Shown here: in pieces, positions 1-9,143 of the stretch
How the letters are laid out: each line of letters begins with the position of its first letter
Numbering within the stretch: position 1 is the stretch's first letter
DNA from: a virus
Lineage: Duplodnaviria; Caudoviricetes
IMG/VR virus record: IMGVR_UViG_3300048576_000525
Location: 1-36,978 of that record
Direction: 5' to 3' (one strand)
Length of the DNA: 36,978 bases
Made by a program: the position numbers and the translations under genes
Notes under the pieces: model-generated
Seen by the model: the letters and a program-made list of their open reading frames with translations, nothing else
The model's database searches: none
What the model was told of the DNA's origin: nothing

Positions 1-525
1 GTCCCGCAGCGCGGCGTAGGCTGCGAGGTAGGTGGAGTGCACGGCCAGCGGCTCGCTCGAAATCGACGGGTACTCCGCCTGGATCGCCTGCCACTCCGCG
101 ACCCAGCGCGGCTTCTCGGCGATGCTGAGCACACTGTCCGCCGCCACGTCCACCAGGACCACGACCTCGGGGTAGCACACGCCCGCCTGGCGCACCCGGA
201 AGACGTAGCTCACGGGGCTCTGCGGACTCTCTAGCGTCCAGTCGAGCGGCCCGGCGGTGACCCCCACGGACGTCCAGGTGGGGGCTGCGGGACGGTCCCC
301 GCGATACGACGTCCACTCCAGGGTCCAGATCCCGGGGGGCAGGCCCTCCGGGGAGATCGTGGTAACGCGGATCAGGCTGCGGGGCACCACCTCCCAGGCG
401 GCCTGGATCATGGGCGTGATCCCCTCCGGGAGCGGATAGGGGATCGACGTGCGGGGCATGGCCCGCTTGCTGGTCTCGCACACGAGACGCAGCCCGGTCT
501 TCGTCCACTGCAGGCGAGTGCTCAT
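1..525 (-). CDS. Tail fibre / minor tail protein, N-terminal part (runs off the window; not in the ORF track)
   Basis: ATG at 525 overlaps the upstream TGA (TGATG); open for 175 codons to the edge (MSTRLQWTKTG...); contains DSVLSIAEKPRWVAEWQAIQAEY, like the D-x-x-L-S/T-x-x-EK...W-x-x-I-x-x-EY motif of phage tail proteins. Confidence 0.7.
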   Translation of the reverse strand, partial: MSTRLQWTKTGLRLVCETSKRAMPRTSIPYPLPEGITPMIQAAWEVVPRSLIRVTTISPEGLPPGIWTLEWTSYRGDRPAAPTWTSVGVTAGPLDWTLESPQSPVSYVFRVRQAGVCYPEVVVLVDVAADSVLSIAEKPRWVAEWQAIQAEYPSISSEPLAVHSTYLAAYAALRD

Positions 526-989
526 CAGAAGGCCTCGAGGTAGCGGCTGGAGAGCACCTGGCGGCCACGGAACACGATCTGGAGGTCCCCACCGATGCCG
601 GGTGCCAACAGGACCGCGCCCCCCACCTTGATCTCGCCGCAGGTGAACCCGCCGGCGGGGGCCGGGCCAGCGGAGACCCGGAGCGTTCCGGGCGTCCCGG
701 AGAGCACCTGGAGGAGCTGCTCCAGCGTGGGCCGCTGGCCGTCCGCGGTCCCGAGCGTGTAGCCCTGCCCCGGCCGGTCGTCGTAGGCGCTCCACTTCAG
801 GGTGAGCACCGGCAGGTAGCCCAGCACGCGCATGCGCTCGCTGCCGTCCAGCAACTCCTGCTTGGTGCCCTTCGTCTCCCACTCCAGCTTGGGGTTCTTA
901 CGGTCCGGAGGCGGCAGGTAGAGTGTCTTCGCCTTGGTGCCGTCCGCGTTGAGCACTGCGAGCCGGATGGGTCCAGGGGCCATCAGCAC
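525..989 (-). CDS. Small tail protein, possibly distal-tail (Dit)-like
   Basis: 154 aa, RBS GGAGG, tail module position; ELLDGSERMR...LTLKWS resembles Dit-type beta proteins; alternative ATG at 983. Confidence 0.5.
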   Translation of the reverse strand: MLMAPGPIRLAVLNADGTKAKTLYLPPPDRKNPKLEWETKGTKQELLDGSERMRVLGYLPVLTLKWSAYDDRPGQGYTLGTADGQRPTLEQLLQVLSGTPGTLRVSAGPAPAGGFTCGEIKVGGAVLLAPGIGGDLQIVFRGRQVLSSRYLEAF

Positions 990-990
990 G

Positions 991-3588
991 TCACACCTCC
1001 TCGAGGAGCGTGGCCTTGGCCTCGCCCTTCACGATGTCTTCGGAGAGCCCGATCAGCCGCGCCGTGCGGCCGCCCTCGGCGATCTTCTGCCAGGGCCCCA
1101 GGGCCTCCCAGGGGGGCGCGGTGCCCGGGTCCTCATGCACCCACGTGGCCTCCCACTGGCGGCGGGGCCGCCCGAACCACGCGGCATAGGCCGAGGCGAC
1201 GCCGTACGCCTGGCCAGGGCTCGCCACCAAGGGGTGGTCGCTGATTTCGAGGGCCCGCCCGCCCTGCACGGGGCCGAAGGCGTCCGCGTAGGCGTCCTCC
1301 TCCTTGCCGCCCACGCGCACCACGCTGAAGAAGTGCGCGGAGATCCGCTGGGACGTGAGCTTGGAGGTGTCCACCGTCAGGGCCGTGGCGCTGGAGGACT
1401 CCCCACGGGAGATCACCTGGAGCACCCCGTCAGGCCGCGGGACCACCACCGCCAGCTGGAGCTGGGCCACGTGCTCCAGCAGCTCGGCCCCGGTGAGGCC
1501 GTACGCGGAGACCCGCTCCACCGTGCGTGGCAGCGTGGCGGAGACCTGGAAGACGCGCGAGCCCAGGATCCCGACGAGCCGCGTGGGGCACGACGGGTCC
1601 CGCAGGGCCATCGCCAGGCGCGGCACACCCGCATAGACGCGATCGCTCCACAGCACGGGCGAGGCCCCATCGGTGGGCGTGGCCGTGAGGTGCAGGAGCC
1701 AGGTCTCCGTGAGGGTCTTCCCCTCGTCGTCCGTCCCGGAGACGCGGGCGCACACGTAGATGCCCGAGTCGTCCAGGGCGGCGAAGGTGCTGGGCAGCAG
1801 CGTCGTGCCCGTGTCGCGGACGTTGCTCCAGGCCAGGGACAGCACGCCCCCGGCGTAGCTCACGCGCCCATATCCCCCGGAGCCCAGCAGGTAGACCCCC
1901 CACGGGGTGGTGCAGAGCTTGGCGCCCTGCATGCCCGCGGCCAGAGCACAGGTCGCCTCCGCCCCGGCCCCGCGCACGAGCTGCAGCTGCAGGGCCCCAC
2001 TGGAATTCGCCGCCAGGGCCAGGATCGCGCAGCCGGTGCCGCTGGCGTGGGGGACGCCGATCATCGGGGCGATCTCGCAGGGGTGCCACCCGGCCACAGG
2101 CCAGGACGCCGCAGAGGACCACGCACCCCAGGTCGAGCCATCCCAGGCGGCCTCCTGCCAGGTCGAGGTCCCGGTCTTCGTGTTCGGGTTGGTGACGCGC
2201 ATCCGGCGCCGTCCGGCGCAGTCGTGGGCCAGAGCGTAGCCCGTCCACCAGAGGGACCGCCCCTCATCCTCGTCCCTGGAGAGCGGGTTCCACGACCCGT
2301 CCACCTCGCGGGACCGCCCGGCCTTCCAGGTCCCATAGGCCCGGTTGCGCCGATCCTGGTACGGCGCGAGGGCCGCGCTCTCGTCCACCATGAGGCTGTA
2401 GGGAGCGCTGGCCAGCTGCGAGGTCCAGTCCACGTGCCGCGGAGAGGTGGACTGGCTGAAGGTCCAGCCGCCCTCGATCGTGCCCGTCCAGCTCCCGCCC
2501 GCGGCGAAGAACCGCAGCCCGTCCAGGGTGGGCTCCGCGTCGGAGGCCTGCGTGATGCGCGGGGCGTCTCCGTCCGTGGGGACCCAGGAAAGGATCGGGC
2601 GCGGCAGCACCGCGGGCGTGAACCGCGAGAGGTCCACGGTGTAGGGCGCCGCAGCGGATTCCACCAGCCGCCAGGCGTCCACGTGCACCAGCGTGCGGCG
2701 GGAATCCTCGGAGAGGTAGAGCTTGTCGCCGTCCCGGAGCTCCGTGGTGAGGGGCTCCGTGAGGGTGATCGTGCGCCGCTCGGCGTCCACGTCCAGGATC
2801 TTCAGCTCCGCGTCGGAGGTCGTGAGCATCACGTCCCCGGGCGTCAGGTGCTCCACCGTGTCCAGGGGCACCGCCACGATGGAGGGCTGGTCGTCCGCAG
2901 GCTTCAGGTTGGCCGTGACGCTGTAGTAGAGGGACTCCCCGGTGCTCGCGGACTTGCGGTAGATCGGGAACGTGGCCGGCTTGCCGCTGGAGGTCCAGCC
3001 GATCAGGCGCACGATCCAGATCCCGAACAGGTCGAAACAGGAGTGCACGACGTACTCCTCGGCCCCGTAGAGCATCACGTCGTCCTTCTGGAGGTCCGGC
3101 TGCTCCGTGAGCTGGAGCATGTCGGAGCCCTTGATGCACTTCGCCGTCCAGGGCCCTGCCCCGGGCCGTGTGGAGGCGACCTTGGGCAGCGGGCGCTCCC
3201 AGGCCTTCCCGTCCAGAATCACGTCCCGGAGCAGCACGCTCCAATCATCCGCCTGGAGCTCCACCTGGAGGTCCCTCTCGTCGCGGCGGCAGGAGGCCAG
3301 GTCCACGACGCCCAGAAAGCGCTGCACCCCGCCCACGGTGAGCTGGAGCCAAGGCGCAAACAGGCGGGCACCGCCCGCCGTCGCGATCTGGTCCTGGATC
3401 CAGGCCCACACGGTGCCGCCCTCGTCCCAGACCTTGCAGCTGAAGCCGCCAGGCTGGAGCTTGGTGAGCTGCTCGTCGATCGTCCAGCCCAGCTGGCCCA
3501 GGCTCGCAAGGTTCGCTGAGATCTGGCACGAGACGGAGGCCCCGCCCGCTCCGTCGTTCTGGTAGAGCGTGACGACGCAGGGCCTCAT
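991..3588 (-). CDS. Large tail-tip/hub protein
   Basis: 865 aa, ATGA-coupled to the tape measure gene, beta- and Trp-rich composition. Confidence 0.6.
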   Translation of the reverse strand: MRPCVVTLYQNDGAGGASVSCQISANLASLGQLGWTIDEQLTKLQPGGFSCKVWDEGGTVWAWIQDQIATAGGARLFAPWLQLTVGGVQRFLGVVDLASCRRDERDLQVELQADDWSVLLRDVILDGKAWERPLPKVASTRPGAGPWTAKCIKGSDMLQLTEQPDLQKDDVMLYGAEEYVVHSCFDLFGIWIVRLIGWTSSGKPATFPIYRKSASTGESLYYSVTANLKPADDQPSIVAVPLDTVEHLTPGDVMLTTSDAELKILDVDAERRTITLTEPLTTELRDGDKLYLSEDSRRTLVHVDAWRLVESAAAPYTVDLSRFTPAVLPRPILSWVPTDGDAPRITQASDAEPTLDGLRFFAAGGSWTGTIEGGWTFSQSTSPRHVDWTSQLASAPYSLMVDESAALAPYQDRRNRAYGTWKAGRSREVDGSWNPLSRDEDEGRSLWWTGYALAHDCAGRRRMRVTNPNTKTGTSTWQEAAWDGSTWGAWSSAASWPVAGWHPCEIAPMIGVPHASGTGCAILALAANSSGALQLQLVRGAGAEATCALAAGMQGAKLCTTPWGVYLLGSGGYGRVSYAGGVLSLAWSNVRDTGTTLLPSTFAALDDSGIYVCARVSGTDDEGKTLTETWLLHLTATPTDGASPVLWSDRVYAGVPRLAMALRDPSCPTRLVGILGSRVFQVSATLPRTVERVSAYGLTGAELLEHVAQLQLAVVVPRPDGVLQVISRGESSSATALTVDTSKLTSQRISAHFFSVVRVGGKEEDAYADAFGPVQGGRALEISDHPLVASPGQAYGVASAYAAWFGRPRRQWEATWVHEDPGTAPPWEALGPWQKIAEGGRTARLIGLSEDIVKGEAKATLLEEV

Positions 3589-6500
3589 ACGTTCCTCCGG
3601 TCGCGGTCGTTGAGCATCCGCCGGATGCGATCCCCGATCAGGCGGTCCGTCTCCGTGGACTCGCCCAAGATCGTGGCGCCGCGGAGGTCAACGTAGGCCC
3701 CGCCACCCGAGGCGGAGGACGCGTACCCGGCCGCCTGGTAGCGGTAGCTGGCCGCTGCGCGCTCATCGGCGATCACGTTGGCCGTGAGGTTGCGCGCCCA
3801 CTCCTTGAAGCTCACGTCAGGCGCCACGATCTCCGTCTGCCCGGGGACCTCGCCCATGAGCGCCCAGGTGGGGCCGGTGATCGGGCCGCCCTGGGCGTAG
3901 GCTTTCGCGGCGGCGCCCATGCCGGTGGCAGCGCCCGCGTTGGCTGCGAGGGTGGCGGTCATCATGGCCACCAGGGCGGCTGCGATCACGGGGCCCACGT
4001 AGGGGATGCCCGCGTGCGCGCGGAAGATCTCAGCGGCGGCGGCGATCTGCGCGCCCACGGCCTGCTGTGCGCCAGACTCCGCGGCGGTCTTCCCCAGGAG
4101 TTTGTTCGCTACGGCGGCCACCATCCACTTCGCCACGAGCTGCGCCACGAGGCCGGCCACCGTGGACACGATGCCCTTCCAGACGGTCTTCAGGCCCTGG
4201 GCCAGCTTCATCTGGCCCGTGAGGATGCCCTGCACGCCCTGGGCGAAGCTGTTCTCCACGCCCTGCATCAGGTTCTGGGCGAAGGTGCCCCACTGCTGCA
4301 GCGCCTGCTGCGCGCCGTTGATGTAGGCGGTGAGCCCGCCGTCCCAGTTGGTCTGTTGGTTGGCCCCCTGGAGGCCGAATGCGCTCTGCTGCTTCGCCTG
4401 CGCGTGCCGGTCGTCCAGCGCCTGGAGCTGGGAGTAGAGCCGCTGCCGGGCCAGGATCTCCTGTGCCGGCAGCTCGGTGATGCGGCGCTCCAGGGCCGCC
4501 CGCTCGGTCTCGTAGCGCCGCTGCTCCAGGGCCGCCAGGTCCTGGATCTCCTGCGTGGCGCTGATCTCCCCCAGGTTCCGCCGCTGTTCAATCGCCGAGC
4601 GCTCCAGCTCGTAGAGGGCCTCCTCGTGCGTCCGCTGCCGGTCGAAGATCACGTCGGTGAGGCGGGCCTTCTGGTCCGCGATGTCCTGCTCGACCTTCAG
4701 CACCTCACGCCGGGCCGCGGCCGCCTCCTTGGACTCCTTGCCGTGGACAGCCGCTTCCTTCGCGGCGATCTGGCGGGCGATCTCGAGGCGCTTCTCGCCG
4801 TCGTGCTTGTACGCCTCCAGGTCCGTCTTGAGGCTCTCGATCTCGGCGTCGTGCCCTTCCTTCAGGACGGCCCGCTTGGCGTCGAGGAGCATGCGGTCCG
4901 CCTGCGCCTTCTCCTTGGCGTTGAGGTTGTAGAGGCCCACGTTTTCGGTGAGCCAGCGCACCTCCTGGGCCTTGGTCCACTCCATCAGCTGCCCGGCCTT
5001 GGCGCTGGTGGCCTCGAACTCGTAGCGGGCCTGCTCAAGGTCGCTCTTGAGGCGGGAGAGGGCGGCATCGGAATCGCCACCGCCGCCGAAGGTCTTCCCG
5101 CCCGAGGCCGCCTCCGTGCCCTGGAGCAGCCTGGAGAGAGCCTGGTCCGCCTGGGCCAAGGCCTGGCGCAGCGCGATCACCTTCCGGTGCGCGGCCTCCG
5201 CCGTGTTCCCCATCATCAGGTTGCCCGCGGCCATGGCGGCGCCTTCACGCCCGCCAATGCGAGCGCCCGCGCTGCGCTCCTCGATCTTGAGCCGGGCCTC
5301 GGTCTCCTCGGCCGCCAGGACCTCCGCCGCGATCGCATCCCGCTTGAGCTGCAGCTCCTCGCGCTTCTTGGCGTTGACCTGCTCGATCGCCTTCAGGATG
5401 TCCTGGTAGTTCTTCGCCTCACCCTTCAGGGCCTCGGCGTACTCCGGGGCCATGGCGATCAGCTCGTTCTGGATGTCCTGCAACTGGCGCTGGTTCGATC
5501 GCTTCTGGGCCTCGGTCTGGTTTCCCTTCTCCATGGCCTCGCCCAGGGCCTTCGTGCGCTCCGCCAGCCGCTCCGCGTTCTGGACCTGCGCGGTCTGGGC
5601 CGGGAGACTGTCCAGGAAGGCCTTGCGCGCACGATCCGCCGCCGTGGCCCAGCGCTCGATTGCCCAGGCCGCACCGCCCACAACGGCGATCGTGGCCGTG
5701 AGGGGATTCACCAGGGACGCCAGGGCCCCACCGAAGGCCCGCACACCCGTGACGCCCTGCATGGCGCCCAGGGCCATCTGCACACGGATCTTGTCGATCA
5801 CCGCGCCCAGGGGCCCCACCAGAGAGGCCAGCGTCCCGCGCAGCATGTAGAGCGCGCCCACCACCAGGGCCACCTGGACCACCTGGGACGAGAGGATGCT
5901 GCCCAGCGTCTGCAGCAGGCCCACCACCACGCGGATCCCGCCAGGCGCCACGTCGGAGAACCACTGCCCCAGGCTCGTGAGCGCGGGCAGGGCCTCCAGC
6001 CCAGCACGCACCTTCAGGGCCTTCAGGGCATCGTCCACGTCGTTCATCGCGGCCCGATACTGCTTCACCTTCATGGATGCATCCGGCCCAAGCGCGAGGC
6101 CGAGCGTGTCCACCTTGCGGCGCGCCTCCTCCATGACCTCGGGGGTGAGCTGCACGTAGCGCAGCATGTCCCGCCAGCCGCGCCCGAAGACCTGGGCCGC
6201 CGCGGCGTCGCGGTCGGTGCCGGCCTTGAACTCCAGCAGCTTGGCGTTGACGTCCGCCAGCAGCTCCGGAAGGGCCCGGAAGTTGCCGTTGACGTCGCGG
6301 GTCGCAACGCCCATGCCGCGGATCGCGGCCTCGTTCGAGCCGAGGGTGCGCACCAGCTTCTGCGCCCCGCCCAGGAACTCGTCCACGTTGCCGTAGATGT
6401 CCCCAATCGCCGTCCCGAGGATCGCGCTCTCGCGCGCCGTGGTGCCCAGCGCCCGGGACAGGGCGCCGTTTTCCTTGGCCAGGGCCACCGTGCCATCCAC

Positions 6501-6710
6501 GGCGCCCTTGAAGATCGCACCGCCCCCGAGCGCAGCCGCGACAGCCGCGATGGGGGCGGTGAGGTTGCCCACCACCTTGGAGAGCCCACCGAACTGGCCC
6601 TCGATCTGGGACGTGGCGTTCTTGATGGCCCCCGTCGCCTGGTTCAGGCCATCCATCAGCGCGCGGGTTTCCGCCGTGATCTCGACCTGGACTTTGGGGT
6701 TGGAGGCCAT
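3585..6710 (-). CDS. Tail tape measure protein
   Basis: 1041 aa, Ala-rich helical/coiled-coil; N-term KVQVEITAET..L..GL; C-term YAQGGPITGPTWALMGE; follows the chaperone genes. Confidence 0.92.
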   Translation of the reverse strand: MASNPKVQVEITAETRALMDGLNQATGAIKNATSQIEGQFGGLSKVVGNLTAPIAAVAAALGGGAIFKGAVDGTVALAKENGALSRALGTTARESAILGTAIGDIYGNVDEFLGGAQKLVRTLGSNEAAIRGMGVATRDVNGNFRALPELLADVNAKLLEFKAGTDRDAAAAQVFGRGWRDMLRYVQLTPEVMEEARRKVDTLGLALGPDASMKVKQYRAAMNDVDDALKALKVRAGLEALPALTSLGQWFSDVAPGGIRVVVGLLQTLGSILSSQVVQVALVVGALYMLRGTLASLVGPLGAVIDKIRVQMALGAMQGVTGVRAFGGALASLVNPLTATIAVVGGAAWAIERWATAADRARKAFLDSLPAQTAQVQNAERLAERTKALGEAMEKGNQTEAQKRSNQRQLQDIQNELIAMAPEYAEALKGEAKNYQDILKAIEQVNAKKREELQLKRDAIAAEVLAAEETEARLKIEERSAGARIGGREGAAMAAGNLMMGNTAEAAHRKVIALRQALAQADQALSRLLQGTEAASGGKTFGGGGDSDAALSRLKSDLEQARYEFEATSAKAGQLMEWTKAQEVRWLTENVGLYNLNAKEKAQADRMLLDAKRAVLKEGHDAEIESLKTDLEAYKHDGEKRLEIARQIAAKEAAVHGKESKEAAAARREVLKVEQDIADQKARLTDVIFDRQRTHEEALYELERSAIEQRRNLGEISATQEIQDLAALEQRRYETERAALERRITELPAQEILARQRLYSQLQALDDRHAQAKQQSAFGLQGANQQTNWDGGLTAYINGAQQALQQWGTFAQNLMQGVENSFAQGVQGILTGQMKLAQGLKTVWKGIVSTVAGLVAQLVAKWMVAAVANKLLGKTAAESGAQQAVGAQIAAAAEIFRAHAGIPYVGPVIAAALVAMMTATLAANAGAATGMGAAAKAYAQGGPITGPTWALMGEVPGQTEIVAPDVSFKEWARNLTANVIADERAAASYRYQAAGYASSASGGGAYVDLRGATILGESTETDRLIGDRIRRMLNDRDRRNV

Positions 6711-6713
6711 CGC

Positions 6714-7010
6714 TCAGTCCTCAGGGGGTTCAGGGGGTGGGGGTGCTTCCTTGCAGGCCGGGAGCATGGAGGCCCAGATCTGGAGCGCCTGGGCGTGGGC
6801 CTTCCACTTGCCTTCGCGGAGGTGAGCCTCGACCCAGGCGAGGGCCTCATCCGCGGGGAGGAGGGCGGCCTGCGTCCACCCCCCCGCGAGCGGGGCTAGG
6901 ATTCGGCGGAGCGGGAAGCGCCCGCCGTTTCGGCCTTCGTCCCCTGCCCCGTCTGGTTCTCGGAAGAGGCGGGGGGCACGCCCAGCGAGGCGGCCCATTC
7001 CGTAAAAAAA
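6714..7010 (-). CDS. T portion of the G-T tail assembly chaperone (reached by -1 frameshift)
   Basis: -1 frame ORF (YGMGRLAGR...PEPPED) opens right at the T7 slippery run and ends just before the tape measure start. Confidence 0.8.
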   Translation of the reverse strand, partial: FFYGMGRLAGRAPRLFREPDGAGDEGRNGGRFPLRRILAPLAGGWTQAALLPADEALAWVEAHLREGKWKAHAQALQIWASMLPACKEAPPPPEPPED

Positions 7011-7300
7011 CGGATCGCATCCCCGAAGGTCTCCCCGAAGGGCTTCAGGGCGGCTGCCTGCTCCATCTCGGCGAGCTTCGCGGGGGTCCGCTCGGCCTCC
7101 AGCAGATCCTCCGCGGAGGCGTTCACCACCGCGGAGAGCTTCCGGATGACCCGCATGCCCCCGGCCTTGCCGAGGGCCTTCATCACGTCCGCGATCGCGC
7201 TGGGGTCGTTCTTCGCCAGGCGCTCCTGAGCCTCAAGGATGAGGCCCAGGTCCAGATCCGCCATCAGAGGGAGCCCGTGCTCCATGTGCACCGTCAGCAT
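6896..7300 (-). CDS. Tail assembly chaperone (gpG analogue)
   Basis: ATG at 7300 with GAGG RBS; lies between tail tube and tape measure genes; contains CGT TTT TTT slippery site. Confidence 0.8.
   Translation of the reverse strand: MLTVHMEHGLPLMADLDLGLILEAQERLAKNDPSAIADVMKALGKAGGMRVIRKLSAVVNASAEDLLEAERTPAKLAEMEQAAALKPFGETFGDAIRFFTEWAASLGVPPASSENQTGQGTKAETAGASRSAES
7004..7010 (-). other. Programmed -1 ribosomal frameshift slippery heptamer T-TTT-TTT
   Basis: A7 on the + strand in a very GC-rich gene, X-XXY-YYZ phase correct, -1 frame open to 6714. Confidence 0.85.
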
Positions 7301-7308
7301 CGCAGGCC

Positions 7309-7974
7309 TCAAAGCGCGGCCGCGTCGGCGGTGTCGGCCAGCATGATCACGCCGTTACCGGCGGCGTTCAGCGCGTAGGGGCTGGGCCGCAGGGAAAGCG
7401 TGACCTTCACGCTGTAGGCGTCCTTCTTGCTGAGCTTCACGTCGATCTCAGGCACGAAGGAGGCCAGGGGCCAGAGGAAGTGGTCGTACTCGCCGGGGAT
7501 CAGCACGGACGCCATGCGGGCCATGGCCACCACGTTGTTGTAGTTGGCGTTCGCGCCGATGGCGGCGATCTTGCGGCCAGCCTTCCCGGCGGCGGCGGCC
7601 ACGGCAATCAGGTCTGCGGTGGCGAGGCCGAACACGTCCTTCAGGTGGGCCGTGTCCACGTCGTAGAAGCTGAACTCCACACTGGCCTCATCGATGCCGG
7701 AGAGCATCTTGGTCTTGGGCCCGTTGTTGTAGTCGAACTCCACCGTGGAGGGCTTCACCTTCTGCGAGATGCCGTCCGCGGTGAGGTTGCAGTAGGGCGT
7801 CACGCCCGACTTGAGCACCTTCTTGGCCGCGGCGTCCTGGTAGAACAGGCCGTAGTAGCCGTCCGCCGTGGACGCGAGCGTGCCCGCGCCGGGGTCGGCC
7901 GAGGGCGCGGCCACCAAGTAGAGCTGGCAGGTGCCGACCTTCTGAAAGTTGCCGTTGAGCGCTGCGAGAGCCAT
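7309..7974 (-). CDS. Major tail (tube) protein
   Basis: 221 aa, strong RBS AAGGA, position upstream of the chaperone, tube-like beta pattern. Confidence 0.8.
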   Translation of the reverse strand: MALAALNGNFQKVGTCQLYLVAAPSADPGAGTLASTADGYYGLFYQDAAAKKVLKSGVTPYCNLTADGISQKVKPSTVEFDYNNGPKTKMLSGIDEASVEFSFYDVDTAHLKDVFGLATADLIAVAAAAGKAGRKIAAIGANANYNNVVAMARMASVLIPGEYDHFLWPLASFVPEIDVKLSKKDAYSVKVTLSLRPSPYALNAAGNGVIMLADTADAAAL

Positions 7975-7977
7975 GGT

Positions 7978-8163
7978 TTAGTCCTTTCCTTCGGGTTCGT
8001 GGTTGGTGAGCTGCGCCTCCACCACGCCGGGCATGGTGAGGACGCGTTCCAGGTGCTCGCGCGGGATGGCCACCACCTCGCCAGCGGGCAGCTCGAGGCC
8101 CAGGTCCGGGAAGGTCGTGGTGCACTCCGTCGAGGTGACGAAGACTTCGGCAGGGGCCTTCAT
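7978..8163 (-). CDS. Small hypothetical virion/assembly protein
   Basis: 61 aa, ATGA-coupled to the upstream gene. Confidence 0.6.
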   Translation of the reverse strand: MKAPAEVFVTSTECTTTFPDLGLELPAGEVVAIPREHLERVLTMPGVVEAQLTNHEPEGKD

Positions 8164-8579
8164 TCGGGCCTCCAGAGGTAGAAGACGTTGAAGTTCAGGA
8201 GCGTGCCGGAGAGGGGGAACTCCCCCTCGCTGCCGTCCCAGGTCTGCTCGGCCCAGGTGATCCGGTTCACGATTCCGCCCAGGGTGTCGTCCGCCAGCAC
8301 CGCGCGGCGCACGGACACGGCGATGTCATCCGTGGCGTCATCGTCCCCGCGGGCCGCCGCAAGGATCTCCACGCGCAGGGTGTAGACGCGGTTGTGCGCC
8401 TGCTGGTGGTCGTCCTCGTCCCCGTTCTCGGGGCGATCGGTGAGCCCGAAGAGGCACACCGCGGGCAGCTCCGCCTCCGCGAGGTCGCGGTGCGGCGCGC
8501 GGAAGAAGTGCACCTCGGGCATGGCGGCCTGGATGCGGGAGGCGACGACGTCGCGGATCTTGCGCTGGGTGGTGGTCAT
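8160..8579 (-). CDS. Tail terminator protein (lambda gpU-like)
   Basis: Start MTTTQRKIRDVVASRI at 8579 (ATGA overlap); ELPAVCLF and D..A..VRRAV.AD.TLGG motifs. Confidence 0.75.
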   Translation of the reverse strand: MTTTQRKIRDVVASRIQAAMPEVHFFRAPHRDLAEAELPAVCLFGLTDRPENGDEDDHQQAHNRVYTLRVEILAAARGDDDATDDIAVSVRRAVLADDTLGGIVNRITWAEQTWDGSEGEFPLSGTLLNFNVFYLWRPE

Positions 8580-8869
8580 GGCTGCCCCAGGAAGACGCGG
8601 AGCAGCTGGCCCATGGCCGCGAGCTGCACACGCAGCACGCGCCACTGCCGGCTGTTCCAGGTGAGGTTCTGGCCCTCCCGCAGGTCCGGGGCATCGGCGG
8701 CCACGAGGCGGAGCACACGGGTGCGCCCCGCCACGATGGTTTCGCCGCCGTCCAGGCTGTCCTGGCTCGATGCCACGCTGGGCGCGCCCTGGACCACGCT
8801 CCCGTTGGGGAGCGTGACCGGCTCGGCGAACTCGCCCAGCGCGTCGCGGAGGTCAGCGGAGAGATCCAC
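8576..8869 (-). CDS. Head-tail joining/closure protein (gpFII-like)
   Basis: 97 aa, LGEFAEPVTL...L.EG..L......WRV pattern and position. Confidence 0.7.
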   Translation of the reverse strand: MDLSADLRDALGEFAEPVTLPNGSVVQGAPSVASSQDSLDGGETIVAGRTRVLRLVAADAPDLREGQNLTWNSRQWRVLRVQLAAMGQLLRVFLGQP

Positions 8870-8871
8870 GG

Positions 8872-9087
8872 TCAGGCCTTGGACTCGTTATCACCAGAGC
8901 CCCCCGGAGGAGGCGTGCTGGGGGCGCTGGGCCTCTTCTGGGCGTCCGCGATCTCGCGCTTCGTGGCCTCGCGCACACGGCCATAGGCAACCATCTGCCT
9001 CGCGTCCGCGTCTTCCAGTTCGAGGAGTTCGCCCTCTTCGCAGTGCTCACCGTTGATGGCGCAGCTCTGAATCACCTTGACGTGCAT
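8872..9087 (-). CDS. Small capsid-associated protein
   Basis: MHVKVIQSCAINGEHCEEGELLELEDADARQMV..G, typical short gene after a capsid gene; RBS GGAG. Confidence 0.7.
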   Translation of the reverse strand: MHVKVIQSCAINGEHCEEGELLELEDADARQMVAYGRVREATKREIADAQKRPSAPSTPPPGGSGDNESKA

Positions 9088-9103
9088 GGTTGGCTCCAAA
9101 TGG

Positions 9104-9135
9104 AAAGCGGGGGCAAGCCCGAAGGCCCGCCCCCG
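9104..9135 (-). terminator. GC hairpin with UUCG loop after the capsid gene (terminator/attenuator)
   Basis: Minus strand GGGGCGGGCC-TTCG-GGCTTGCCCC followed by a short CTTTCC tract. Confidence 0.6.
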
Positions 9136-9143
9136 GTGAGGTC

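Noticed and set aside
1-3588. Diversity-generating retroelement or invertible tail-fibre system
   Set aside because: No reverse transcriptase, invertase or TR/VR pair seen in this window; the fibre end lies outside it
934-6899. Very long + strand ORFs (934-3519, 4014-6899) and similar ones at 9090, 10972, 19522, 21040, 26797, 29239
   Set aside because: Antisense shadows of GC-rich minus-strand genes; no motifs, low-complexity R/G/P/A composition
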